A stretch of 64,000 nt of DNA from Flavipsychrobacter sp. (GTDB lineage: Bacteria; Bacteroidota; Bacteroidia; Chitinophagales; Chitinophagaceae): contig OZ246011.1 of assembly GCA_965230595.1 (NCBI GenBank), positions 2,901,397-2,965,396 of the forward strand, written 5' to 3'. Shown here in pieces: positions 8,488-18,010 of this stretch. Numbering within the stretch: the first letter of the stretch is position 1; every line of letters begins with the position of its first letter. A program made the translations under genes and the position numbers. The notes beneath the pieces were generated by a model. The model ran no database searches and was not told the origin of the DNA. It worked only from the letters and a program-made list of their open reading frames with translations.

Positions 8488-9414
8488 ATGAGTATCATTC
8501 CACCATATTTAAGAAGAGGAGCTACGATAGGCATTACCTGCCCCGCAGGATTTGTATCAGAAGAGCGGGTACACTTTGCTGTAGAAACCTTGAAGCTATG
8601 GGGGTTTGAAGTGGTGGTAGGCAGCACTGTAGGTTCAGAACACCATTATTTTTCGGGTACTGACGAAGCACGCTTGGCCGATCTACAGGCTATGCTTGAC
8701 GATCCTCGCATTAACGCCATACTAATGGGCAGAGGCGGCTATGGTTTAAGCCGTATCATCGACCAAATAGACTTTACCAATTTTATAGAACAACCCAAAT
8801 GGATCTGTGGCTTTAGTGATATTACAGTACTACATAGTCATATTCATCAACAGTATCACATACCCACCCTGCATAGCCCTATGACGGGAGCCTTTACACC
8901 TGATACCATCAACTCCGACCATATCAAAAAGTTTTATGCAGCACTCATAGGAGAGTCGTTGTTTTACCACACTCAGCCTTGCACCTATAATACATTAGGA
9001 GCAGCTGAGGGAATATTGGTAGGTGGTAACCTGGCCATACTAAGTCACTTGGTAGGATCGTCTTCAGATATAGACACCTTTGGTAAAATACTTTTCATAG
9101 AAGATGTTGGTGAACATCTATATAAAGTAGACCGTATGCTGCTAACCTTAAAAAGAGCAGGTAAGCTCAGCAACTTAAAAGCATTGATCGTAGGTGGGTT
9201 TACAGAAATGGAAGACACCTCACCCAGACCTTTTGGGAAACCACTGGAAGCCATTATTGCAGAAATGGTTGAAGAATATCACTATCCGGTGTGTTTCAAC
9301 TTTCCTACCGGGCATATTGATGAGAACCACACATTAACACTGGGCATGAAACATAAGTTGAATGTGACCACACAAGGCGGTCATTTAGAAATGACAGGGT
9401 TAACGACGATATAA
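8488..9414 (+). CDS. LD-carboxypeptidase (peptidase S66, muramoyltetrapeptide carboxypeptidase-like)
   Basis: PP.L..GATIGITCPAG N-terminus, nucleophile context GFSDITVLH, and C-terminal FPTGH; about 308 aa. Confidence 0.8.
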   Translation: MSIIPPYLRRGATIGITCPAGFVSEERVHFAVETLKLWGFEVVVGSTVGSEHHYFSGTDEARLADLQAMLDDPRINAILMGRGGYGLSRIIDQIDFTNFIEQPKWICGFSDITVLHSHIHQQYHIPTLHSPMTGAFTPDTINSDHIKKFYAALIGESLFYHTQPCTYNTLGAAEGILVGGNLAILSHLVGSSSDIDTFGKILFIEDVGEHLYKVDRMLLTLKRAGKLSNLKALIVGGFTEMEDTSPRPFGKPLEAIIAEMVEEYHYPVCFNFPTGHIDENHTLTLGMKHKLNVTTQGGHLEMTGLTTI

Positions 9415-9420
9415 TTGCAC

Positions 9421-9855
9421 TTACTCAACCGCGATACGGGCACATAGTACTGTAAACATCAGTGTAAGAGGTGTAAAGATAATGGCCTCCAATTGGTTAA
9501 CCGATGCGATGTTACCCAATGTATTTAGTGCATATAGTACTACGATTATCCATAGCAGAATGTTGATGGCCTTATTAGGTCCTATACTCTTTATGTGCCC
9601 ACCTTTTATAGCTATAATGAGCATGATCAAAATATTGACAACGATGGATATCGTCTCAAAACGATACATCTCTTGATCGGTTTTCAAACGCCCGCCCCAA
9701 GTTGCCGCATAGGGGATAATCTGTGTAATTATCAATAGATGATAGATCAACAATGCAGACAATAACAACAGCATTGTATTTACAGCAAAACGAAATGATA
9801 TCTTTTTTATCATCAAATATGATTTTGAATTATTACGGGCAAAAATATTAACCAT
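9421..9855 (-). CDS. Hypothetical 4-TM membrane protein
   Basis: Four hydrophobic helices and no recognisable motif. Alternative start ATG 9813 (MIKKISF). Confidence 0.45.
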   Translation of the reverse strand: MVNIFARNNSKSYLMIKKISFRFAVNTMLLLLSALLIYHLLIITQIIPYAATWGGRLKTDQEMYRFETISIVVNILIMLIIAIKGGHIKSIGPNKAINILLWIIVVLYALNTLGNIASVNQLEAIIFTPLTLMFTVLCARIAVE

Positions 9856-10150
9856 TATCCACTTCTCGTCGCCACCTAGTCATCCCACCTGTTAAATTAT
9901 AGATGCCACTTCGTCCTTTTATCTCCAGCTTCTGTATAGCTATTGTACTACGTATGCCCTTTTCACAATATAACACGATATCCCTATCCTGTGGCAATTC
10001 CTCCATTCTACCTACTATTTCGTCAAAAGGTATTAGTATACCACCAATATTATAAGCCTCATGCTCCTCATATTCGCGTACATCTATCAAAGCAAACTCC
10101 TTATCAGAGTCCATCCAAACCATTAATTCTAAAGGAGTTATGTTTTTCAT
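9848..10150 (-). CDS. Rhodanese-like domain protein
   Basis: LIDVREYEEHEAYNIGG and active-site loop YCEKGIRS. 100 aa, single domain. Confidence 0.8.
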   Translation of the reverse strand: MKNITPLELMVWMDSDKEFALIDVREYEEHEAYNIGGILIPFDEIVGRMEELPQDRDIVLYCEKGIRSTIAIQKLEIKGRSGIYNLTGGMTRWRREVDNG

Positions 10151-10240
10151 TATACCACTATAAATATTTACAAAGGTACTTTAACATTTCTGTATCTCAA
10201 TTCAACATACATTTGTTGCCTAAACAATTAATGTATATAC

Positions 10241-10927
10241 ATGAAACGTATAATCTTAACTATTACAGCCGCAAGTTTATTAATGGCATCTTGCCAAAAT
10301 GCGCCAAAAGCAGATAGCGCAGATGCATCTGAGGCACAAGAAGTAACGCAAGCAGAAGGTACCGAGTACACTGCTAATGTAGACCAAACCGTCATAGAGT
10401 GGATAGGCACTAAGCCTGTAGGTCAGCACCATGGTACATTGAAAATTCAAAATGGTACGCTTACAGTAGCTGACAATACTATCAAGGGTGGTGAGTTTGT
10501 TATTGACATTAAAAGCTTAAAATCTGATGACCAAAATGAGGAGTACAATGCTAAGCTAGATGGCCACTTATTAAGTGAAGATTTCTTCAAAGCAGATGAG
10601 TTTCCTACAGGGAAATTTGAGATCACAGGTGTAACCGCAGGTGTTGAGCAATCTGAAGATCTAGTGATGAAAGATGCTACTCACATGGTAACGGGTAACC
10701 TTACCTTAAAAGATGTAACTAAGAGTATCACCTTCCCGGCTAAAGTATCAATGACTGATGGCAGCGTTGTTGCTGATGCTAATTTTAATATTAACCGTAC
10801 AGACTTTGGTATGGTATATGGCAATGATGAAAGCCTAGGCGACAAATTTATCCGCCCAACTGTAAACTTACAATTGCATTTGGTAGCTGAAGAAGGCTCG
10901 CATACCGTAGCGCAAAGCAAAATGTAA
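10241..10927 (+). CDS. YceI family lipoprotein
   Basis: Lipobox LLMASC. YceI-like pattern (W.GTKP...H.G.....G...V......G.F.ID..S) with a C-terminal NFNINRTDFG block. Confidence 0.8.
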   Translation: MKRIILTITAASLLMASCQNAPKADSADASEAQEVTQAEGTEYTANVDQTVIEWIGTKPVGQHHGTLKIQNGTLTVADNTIKGGEFVIDIKSLKSDDQNEEYNAKLDGHLLSEDFFKADEFPTGKFEITGVTAGVEQSEDLVMKDATHMVTGNLTLKDVTKSITFPAKVSMTDGSVVADANFNINRTDFGMVYGNDESLGDKFIRPTVNLQLHLVAEEGSHTVAQSKM

Positions 10928-10950
10928 TTTCATAACTAGGTATATATAAT

Positions 10951-10982
10951 AAAAAGGCACTCTTAATAGAGTGCCTTTTTTT
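10951..10982. terminator. Bidirectional rho-independent terminator (yceI-like gene / obg)
   Basis: AAAAAGGCACTCT-TAAT-AGAGTGCCTTTTTTT: a 9-bp GC-containing stem flanked by an A-run and a T-run, between convergent genes. Confidence 0.8.
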
Positions 10983-11985
10983 ATGCTTCAGTTTCTTTAT
11001 TAATGGTTTCCCAGAGTTTGTCTTTTAACTCCTGCATTCCAATTTGTGCAACGGATGATATAAAGATATACGGCACGTCATCAGGTAATGTAGCCGCTAT
11101 CTCTTCTTTCAATTCATCATCCAACATATCACTCTTGCTGATGGCTAGCAGAATGTCTTTAGTGAGCAACTCAGGATTATATTGCTCCAGCTCATTCATC
11201 AACACTTCAAATTCCTTCTTATGGTCGTCGCTATCAGCTGGTATTAGAAATAGTAGTACGGAGTTCCGCTCAATATGTCTCAGGAAACGGTGACCTAACC
11301 CTTTGCCTTCTGCAGCACCTTCAATGATACCCGGCAGGTCGGCCACACAAAAAGATCGGTTATCTCTATAAGGCACCATACCTAGCTGTGGCGTAAGTGT
11401 GGTAAATGCATAGTTAGCGATCTTAGGTTTGGCGGCACTAATAGTAGATAGTAAAGTAGACTTACCTGCATTAGGGAAACCAACCAACCCTACATCGGCC
11501 AATACTTTTAGTTCTAAGTATTTCCAGCCTTCTACACCTTCTTCACCTGGCTGTGCATATTCTGGAGCTTGATTAGTAGCTGTAGTAAAGTGCAAGTTGC
11601 CTAAGCCTCCTCTACCGCCACGCATCCATATCTTCTCTTCACCATCTTCCAGTATCTCTAGTTCTACTTCACCTGTTTCTTCGTCTTTGGCTACCGTGCC
11701 TAGTGGTACTTCTATAATGATGTCATCACCATCTTTACCGGTACAGTTGTTCTTACTACCGGGCTGACCATGCTCTGCCAAAATGTTTTTATGATAACGT
11801 AAGTGCAGCAAGGTCCACAAATGGGAATTACCTTTTAGGATAACATGCCCACCACGACCACCATCACCTCCGTCGGGTCCTGCCTTCGGATTGTATTTGG
11901 TGCGTGCAAAGTGCATGCTACCTGCCCCTCCTTTACCGGAGCGACAAAATACCCGTATGTAATCAACGAAATTGCCTTTCTCCAC
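10981..11985 (-). CDS. obg: GTPase ObgE/CgtA
   Basis: Obg fold [34 protein letters not shown] and G-domain [11 protein letters not shown]. Confidence 0.95.
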   Translation of the reverse strand: MEKGNFVDYIRVFCRSGKGGAGSMHFARTKYNPKAGPDGGDGGRGGHVILKGNSHLWTLLHLRYHKNILAEHGQPGSKNNCTGKDGDDIIIEVPLGTVAKDEETGEVELEILEDGEEKIWMRGGRGGLGNLHFTTATNQAPEYAQPGEEGVEGWKYLELKVLADVGLVGFPNAGKSTLLSTISAAKPKIANYAFTTLTPQLGMVPYRDNRSFCVADLPGIIEGAAEGKGLGHRFLRHIERNSVLLFLIPADSDDHKKEFEVLMNELEQYNPELLTKDILLAISKSDMLDDELKEEIAATLPDDVPYIFISSVAQIGMQELKDKLWETINKETEA

Positions 11986-12566
11986 TATGCTGGTTGCAGA
12001 TATTTATCTATCTCTTTGCAAAGTTTACCGAAGATATCTTCAATAGTACCTTCACCTTTTACGCGCTCAAGCTTACCTTTATTTTGGTAGTACTCAGCTA
12101 CAGGCTCTGTCTTTGCGTAATATTCTTTGATGCGTTTAGCGATCACTTCTTCGTTATCATCGCTTCTTCCTGAAGTAATGCCTCTGTGTAATAATCTTTT
12201 CACTAGTTCATCTTCACCTACTTCTAAAGCAAGTACCAAATGAATATTCGTACCCTTGAATTCTGCTAATTTATCTAAAGCCTCGGCTTGTGCTTTTGTA
12301 CGAGGGAAACCGTCGAAGATAAAACCTCTGGCTTCAGGTTGCTCATCTATTTTGCTGCTGATCATGCCTATTACTACCTCATCAGGTACTAACATGCCTT
12401 GATCCATATACTTCTTTGCTTCAACACCAAGTGGTGTTTGCTTTTCCACTTCGCTACGCAGCAAGTCGCCTGTAGATATATGTAACAGGTTATATTTCTC
12501 GGTGATAGAAGCTGACTGTGTACCTTTTCCACTCCCCGGAGGGCCAAATAAAATCAAATTGAACAT
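11985..12566 (-). CDS. adk: Adenylate kinase
   Basis: [15 protein letters not shown]-loop, STGDLLR, and FDGFPRT. Confidence 0.95.
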   Translation of the reverse strand: MFNLILFGPPGSGKGTQSASITEKYNLLHISTGDLLRSEVEKQTPLGVEAKKYMDQGMLVPDEVVIGMISSKIDEQPEARGFIFDGFPRTKAQAEALDKLAEFKGTNIHLVLALEVGEDELVKRLLHRGITSGRSDDNEEVIAKRIKEYYAKTEPVAEYYQNKGKLERVKGEGTIEDIFGKLCKEIDKYLQPA

Positions 12567-12591
12567 AAGGTCATTATAATGTTAAGAGGTG

Positions 12592-12599
12592 CAAAAATA
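12592..12599 (-). promoter_or_regulatory. Bacteroidota -7 box (TATTTTTG) for the adk-obg operon
   Basis: Plus-strand CAAAAATA, 25 nt upstream of the adk ATG. Confidence 0.4.
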
Positions 12600-12885
12600 A
12601 GCATCCTAAAGGACAACTTACCTCTTTATGTAATAAATAACTGTATGATTTATGTAAGATATTGTTAAACACCTTACTTACATACTATAATAATGTATAG
12701 GTAAGTAGCTATTTCTTAGCCACTTTGTTGCTACTATCAGACGTTCCATATGACTTAATGCCAAGAATTAGCATGACAAACGAAAGTAACATTGTCTTAA
12801 TCATCCTCTAATGTTTAGATAACAATATAAGAAATATTAATGTTTGTACATGAGTTTTGGTGGCTCATTTATCCACATAAAAAAC

Positions 12886-13476
12886 TTATCGGTTAAAAAT
12901 CAAGGGTTTAATTTTTCCATCCATAATGGCATAATCACCCGGTGCTAGCCCTTCAATATTCAAACGACCAATAGCATACCTTATTAATCGTAATGTGGGG
13001 TAGCCTACTGCCGCTGTCATTTTTCTTACTTGCCTGTTCTTCCCTTCTGATATGGTGAGCGACAACCATGAGGTTGGAATGTTTTTTCTATATCGAACGG
13101 GAGGGTCTCTATCGGAAACTTTTGGCTCACTAAAAAACTTTTTAGCTTTTGCTTTTTTAGTGTGGTGTGTTTTGCCATTTACTTTTATGGTCACCCCTTG
13201 TTCTAATTTTTGAACGGCCTCTTGAGTGATGTCATCATCTACTTGAATCCAATATGTTTTTTCATGTTCGTTTATCGGGTTCAATAATTGATTGTTGATG
13301 CTCTTATCATTGGTGAGTAAAAGCAAACCTTCTGAATCATAATCTAACCTACCTACAGGGTAAACATCTTTAGGAATATCTTTTAAGTAATCAGCAAGCG
13401 TTGCCTTATCTCCTTCTTTTGAAAATTGAGAAAGTACTTGAAACGGTTTGTAAAAAACGATGTACTGAAAAGACAT
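12886..13476 (-). CDS. Pseudouridine synthase, RsuA/RluE family (no S4 domain, RluE-like)
   Basis: Catalytic motif PVGRLDYDSEGLLLLTND and the C-terminal GKNRQVRKM block. Confidence 0.8.
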   Translation of the reverse strand: MSFQYIVFYKPFQVLSQFSKEGDKATLADYLKDIPKDVYPVGRLDYDSEGLLLLTNDKSINNQLLNPINEHEKTYWIQVDDDITQEAVQKLEQGVTIKVNGKTHHTKKAKAKKFFSEPKVSDRDPPVRYRKNIPTSWLSLTISEGKNRQVRKMTAAVGYPTLRLIRYAIGRLNIEGLAPGDYAIMDGKIKPLIFNR

Positions 13477-13513
13477 AATGTAAAGTATGAAAAGGCTATG
13501 AAAGTAGAGGGCA

Positions 13514-13550
13514 TAAAAAAAGTCCGGCTAAGTTGGATAACTGCCGAACT
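13514..13550 (-). terminator. Possible terminator hairpin downstream of the Bat-like pair
   Basis: On the minus strand, AGTTCGGC-loop-GCCGGACT (7 of 8 bp paired) is followed by TTTTTTT. It lies about 180 nt past the stop at 13729, so the assignment is tentative. Confidence 0.35.
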
Positions 13551-13728
13551 TTATTAGGATGGGTTAGTAAGCACAATCCTAACACAATATTAAAAAGAAT
13601 TTTTACTACTAAAAAATAAAGTTGTGATTTTTTTTACGCTATGCACATACATGTTGAAAAGCTGTGAACAACTCTACTATACTACACATCAAAATGCAAA
13701 GGATTTTTATATAAAATGTTACAGATAA

Positions 13729-14520
13729 TTACCAGTCTTTATCTACTTTAATCGGTACACCTTTACCCTTCTTCATTTTATCTTGCAGTTTCTTTTCTTC
13801 CTGTTGTAATGCATTCAACAGTTGTTCTGCTTGTTGCTTAGAAAGCTTACTAGGCATGGATTTCGGCTTACTATCTTGTTGTTCTTTTTGTTCGTTCTTT
13901 TTGTTTTGTTGCTCGTCTTTTTGCTCATCTTCATCATTACCTTCTTTGTCTTTTTTGTCTTGCTGTTTTTCCTCGTCCTTCTTTTCCTCGTTCTTATCTT
14001 TTTTATCCTTGTCGTCTTTCTTCTTATCCTTGTCTTTTTTATCGTCTTTCTTCTTATCGTTGTTCTTACCCCCTCCACCTTGTTGTTGTTTTAGCTTTTC
14101 TAAGGCATAAGACAAGTTATATTTTGCATCTGCATCTTGAGGGTTTTTTCTCAATGCTTCTTTATAATAGTTAATTGCTTCTTGCCATTTTTGTTCTTCC
14201 ATGTAAGTGTTCCCTACATTATATAAAGCATCGGCATATTCCTTTTTTTCTGTTGCAGTTTTCGCAACGCCCTCCATTACCTTTCTGGTCTCGTCGTACT
14301 TTTTTTGTTGATAAAGGCTATTACCATAGTTAAACCATGCTGCCTTGTTTGTAGGTGCGGTTGATACTGCTTCTTGATAAGCTTCAGTAGCCTCCTCATA
14401 CTTACCCTCCTTATATAATTTATTTCCTTTTTTCACGGGCTTATTACTATACGGTTGTGCTAGTGCACTCGTCACCGTCAACAAACTCAATAGTAATATG
14501 CTAATACTTACACGACTCAT
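13729..14520 (-). CDS. TPR-repeat protein with K/D/E-rich tail (BatC-like)
   Basis: Signal peptide MSRVSISILLLSLLTVTSALAQ from ATG 14520, which overlaps the upstream stop (ATGA). Three or four TPR units follow (YKEGKYEEATEAYQEA, LYQQKKYDE, EEQKWQEAINYYKEALRKNP), then a charged low-complexity tail. Confidence 0.75.
   Translation of the reverse strand: MSRVSISILLLSLLTVTSALAQPYSNKPVKKGNKLYKEGKYEEATEAYQEAVSTAPTNKAAWFNYGNSLYQQKKYDETRKVMEGVAKTATEKKEYADALYNVGNTYMEEQKWQEAINYYKEALRKNPQDADAKYNLSYALEKLKQQQGGGGKNNDKKKDDKKDKDKKKDDKDKKDKNEEKKDEEKQQDKKDKEGNDEDEQKDEQQNKKNEQKEQQDSKPKSMPSKLSKQQAEQLLNALQQEEKKLQDKMKKGKGVPIKVDKDW
13850..14085 (-). repeat. Low-complexity K/D/E/Q-coding tract
   Basis: Plus-strand TCTT/TTTT-rich periodic DNA encoding GGGGKNNDKKKDDKKDKDKKKDDKDKKDKNEEKKDEEKQQDKKDKEG... 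Three track ORFs overlap here (13815-14110). Confidence 0.8.
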
Positions 14521-15530
14521 GATACCACTTCTGTTTTCTTGTTTAACCTTCCCGTAGGTAAGAACCATTCAATGAGCAATAGCACCAACCCTATCAATAA
14601 GAAGTACTGGAAATAACTGGCATAATCTACGAACACAACCGATCCCAGTTTCTTCTGCTCCATGCCATTCAACTCACTCACTAAACGCTCGGCTGCATCA
14701 TCAGTATTGGTCAGGTAAGTGTAGGTACCTCTACCATAAGAGGCAATGTCTTTTAGTGCTCCTTCATTCAACTTACTGATAATCGGGTTGCCATCATCAT
14801 CAAGTTTGATCGATTTGGTTGACGGGTCGAATATGGTAGTACCTTGACGAGAACCAATACCTACTGTATGTACAATAACACCTGTCTCCGCAGCAGCTTT
14901 TACTTTCTCTTTGGCATTCTCATCATGATCTTCCCCATCCGATATTATGATCAATGATTTATACTTCTTCTCTTTTTGTGAGAAAGACTTCATCGCTAAG
15001 TCTACTGCATCACTGATAACTGTTCCTTGTGTTGGCACTAAGTCGGTGCTGGCATTTTGCAGCATCATACGCATGGCACTGTAGTCAATGGTCAATGGTA
15101 CTTGTAAGTAAGACCTACCTGCAAACACGACCAAGCCTACACGGTCGTTACTCATCTTGTCCATCATAGACATGACCAACTGCTTGGCACGTGTAAGACG
15201 ATCCGGCTGAATATCTTTGGCCAACATACTCTTACTCACGTCTAGTGCTACAATCACATCCACACCACTACGTTGCACCTTCTCCGTGTTAGCGCCCATC
15301 TGCAAGTTGGCCCAGCCTATTATGATCAATGCTAAAGCAATGGCTACTATCGAAAACTTCATTGTAGGTCTACCGGGAATAAAACCCAGTAGTTGCTTTT
15401 CTATCAGCCTACCTTCTCCCAGTTGCTGTTGCTTCTTTTTACGCCAATAGATCATCCATATAAATAGCGCCAACAAAAGCGGTATGAATAGTAATGCTGA
15501 AAGATGTGATATGTGTTGAAAGCGTAACAT
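14517..15530 (-). CDS. von Willebrand factor A domain membrane protein (BatA/BatB-like)
   Basis: Two N-terminal TM helices and a VWA MIDAS motif (VALDVSKSM...ISDGEDH). Confidence 0.8.
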   Translation of the reverse strand: MLRFQHISHLSALLFIPLLLALFIWMIYWRKKKQQQLGEGRLIEKQLLGFIPGRPTMKFSIVAIALALIIIGWANLQMGANTEKVQRSGVDVIVALDVSKSMLAKDIQPDRLTRAKQLVMSMMDKMSNDRVGLVVFAGRSYLQVPLTIDYSAMRMMLQNASTDLVPTQGTVISDAVDLAMKSFSQKEKKYKSLIIISDGEDHDENAKEKVKAAAETGVIVHTVGIGSRQGTTIFDPSTKSIKLDDDGNPIISKLNEGALKDIASYGRGTYTYLTNTDDAAERLVSELNGMEQKKLGSVVFVDYASYFQYFLLIGLVLLLIEWFLPTGRLNKKTEVVS

Positions 15531-15646
15531 GTTATCAGAACAACTGCAAATTTAACTTTGTATGATATTTATCAGTATTATAAGGAATGATTTTTAATTT
15601 CTTTAACACACAATCCACACCCACTATTAATTGATGGGCAATAATG

Positions 15647-15654
15647 TAGATTTG
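15647..15654 (+). promoter_or_regulatory. Bacteroidota -7 box (TAGATTTG) for the helicase gene
   Basis: A TAnnTTTG match ending only 5 nt before the ATG at 15660. Confidence 0.45.
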
Positions 15655-15659
15655 CATTC

Positions 15660-17957
15660 ATGCAGGATTATTTGAAGGGACTTAACGAGCAACAGAAAGT
15701 TGCCGTAGAACATATAGAGGGGCCACTGATGATAGTAGCCGGAGCCGGTAGTGGTAAAACTAAAGTATTGACTACCCGTATAGCACACCTGATGCAGCAA
15801 GGGGTGGATGCATTTAACATACTGGCGCTGACCTTTACCAATAAGGCCGCCCGCGAAATGAAGGAACGTATTGAAGGGATATTAGGAAATGCTGAAGCAC
15901 GTAATTTATATATAGGCACCTTCCACTCTGTATTTGCCAGGCTACTAAGAGCTGAAGCCGATAAGCTGGGCTACCCAAACAATTTTACCATATACGATAC
16001 GGATGATGCCAAGAATGTGATCAAGGCGATTGTAAAAAATATGAACCTTGATGACAAGCATTACAAACCTGCTTACATCTACAACCGTATCTCAGCTGCT
16101 AAGAACAGCTTAATAGACCCGGCCACTTACAGGCAAGATAACTTTATACAACAAGAGGATGCACGTAGTAGCCGACCACTGATAGGCGAGATATACGAAC
16201 GCTATGCCAAGCAATGCTTCCGCAACGGTGCAATGGACTTTGACGACCTACTTTTCAAGATGTTCATATTATTGAACAACTTCCCTGAAGTATTAGCCAA
16301 GTATCAACACCGTTTTCAGTTCATATTGATCGATGAGTATCAGGATACCAACCTAGCTCAGTACCAGATCATCAAAATGCTGGGTGCGGTGCATGAGAAC
16401 ATTTGTGTAGTGGGTGATGATGCACAGAGTATCTACTCCTTCCGTGGTGCTACAGTACAAAACATCTTACAGTTTCAAGACGATTATGAAGATGTAAAGG
16501 TGGTGAAGCTGGAGCAGAACTACCGCAGTACACAATCTATTTTGAATGTTGCCAATACCATTATTTCCAACAACCAAAACCAAATACCTAAAGACCTTTG
16601 GACAGATAATACTTTAGGTGAAAAGATAAGGCTAGTACGCACACTAACTGATAATGACGAAGGACGTTTCATTGCCGATGCCATTACAGAAATGAAGTTG
16701 CGCAACCACTACAACAATAAAGACTTCGCCATACTCTATCGTACCAATGCTCAGAGCCGCTCGTTTGAGGAAAGCCTACGTAGGATGAACATACCTTATA
16801 AGCTATATGGTGGTGTGTCTTTCTACCAACGTAAAGAGATCAAAGATTATCTGGCGTATCTAAGACTAATTGTGAATACCCGTGATGAAGAGAACCTGAA
16901 GCGCATTATCAACTACCCTGCAAGAGGTATTGGTAAAACCAGCTTGGAGCGTATGATGATCGTAGCCAACGACCATGATGTGAGTTTGTGGGATGTGATG
17001 CAAACACCGGCTTCAGCAGGATTGAAGGGTGCTGCCACAGGAGCTATTGAGAAGTTCGTGATCATGATCAAAAGCTTCCAAACCATATTGGAAAAACAGA
17101 ATGCATATGAGGTGGCTTTCGCCGTTGGTAAACATACAGGCTTGGTACAAGACCTGTACAACGATAAATCAGTAGAAGGTTTGGCCAGATATGAGAACGT
17201 ACAAGAGCTACTCAACTCCATTAAAGAGTTTACCGAAACTCCTGATGAAGAAGGTGAGCTAAGAGACAAATCGCTAGGTAGCTACTTGCAACAAATATCA
17301 TTATTGACAGATGCAGATACAGAAAGTGATGAAGACCAAGACACTGTAAAACTGATGACCATACACGCAGCCAAAGGCTTGGAATTTCCATGTGTATTCT
17401 CGGTAGGTTTAGAAGAAAACCTTTTCCCAAGTGCTATGAGTTTGTACGACCGTGCAGACCTAGAAGAAGAGCGTCGCCTGTTCTATGTATGTACTACACG
17501 CGCTAAAGAAAGACTATGGGTCACTTATGCAAATAGCCGCTACCGCTTTGGCAACCTGGTACAAAACGAGCCTAGTCGTTTTATTGATGAGATACCTGAG
17601 CAATACCTCGACCGTACATTTACAGGTATGAACAACATGGCTACCGGTTCAGTAAATCCGTTTGGCACCAGACTAGGGCAAAAGAAATCTTTTGAGAAAT
17701 CTCCATCGCTTAAAAAAATAGCTGACAAGCTGAACCAAAAAGCACCACCTGCTCACCAACCTAGTGGCGATTTTCTGCCCGACAACCCAATGGAGATGGA
17801 GGTAGGCATGGAAGTAGAGCATCTGAAATTTGGCTTTGGCAAAATAACCAGCCTTGAAGGTGGTACGAATAACAGAATAGCTACTATAGAATTTCAAGAA
17901 GGGCATGGCGCTAAAAAGATCATGCTCAACTATGCAAAAATTAGGATAGTAAAGTGA
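15660..17957 (+). CDS. uvrD: ATP-dependent DNA helicase, UvrD/PcrA/Rep family
   Basis: SF1 motifs: I (AGAGSGKT), II (ILIDEYQDTN), III (VGDDAQSIYSFRGA), and V/VI (TIHAAKGLEF, YVCTTRAKE). Confidence 0.92.
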   Translation: MQDYLKGLNEQQKVAVEHIEGPLMIVAGAGSGKTKVLTTRIAHLMQQGVDAFNILALTFTNKAAREMKERIEGILGNAEARNLYIGTFHSVFARLLRAEADKLGYPNNFTIYDTDDAKNVIKAIVKNMNLDDKHYKPAYIYNRISAAKNSLIDPATYRQDNFIQQEDARSSRPLIGEIYERYAKQCFRNGAMDFDDLLFKMFILLNNFPEVLAKYQHRFQFILIDEYQDTNLAQYQIIKMLGAVHENICVVGDDAQSIYSFRGATVQNILQFQDDYEDVKVVKLEQNYRSTQSILNVANTIISNNQNQIPKDLWTDNTLGEKIRLVRTLTDNDEGRFIADAITEMKLRNHYNNKDFAILYRTNAQSRSFEESLRRMNIPYKLYGGVSFYQRKEIKDYLAYLRLIVNTRDEENLKRIINYPARGIGKTSLERMMIVANDHDVSLWDVMQTPASAGLKGAATGAIEKFVIMIKSFQTILEKQNAYEVAFAVGKHTGLVQDLYNDKSVEGLARYENVQELLNSIKEFTETPDEEGELRDKSLGSYLQQISLLTDADTESDEDQDTVKLMTIHAAKGLEFPCVFSVGLEENLFPSAMSLYDRADLEEERRLFYVCTTRAKERLWVTYANSRYRFGNLVQNEPSRFIDEIPEQYLDRTFTGMNNMATGSVNPFGTRLGQKKSFEKSPSLKKIADKLNQKAPPAHQPSGDFLPDNPMEMEVGMEVEHLKFGFGKITSLEGGTNNRIATIEFQEGHGAKKIMLNYAKIRIVK

Positions 17958-18010
17958 CAGTTCTGAGCGAGGTTTTAGGTAAATTATAGTGTTCACTAAA
18001 ACCAAAGCTT

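Noticed and set aside
12840-12885. Hairpin ATGAG-N9-CTCAT as terminator of the pseudouridine synthase gene
   Set aside because: It is only a 5-bp AT-rich stem with no following T-run on the minus strand.
13815-14110. Three overlapping ORFs in both strands over the K/D/E tract
   Set aside because: They are artefacts of low-complexity periodic DNA. Only the frame continuous with the TPR domain and signal peptide is credible.
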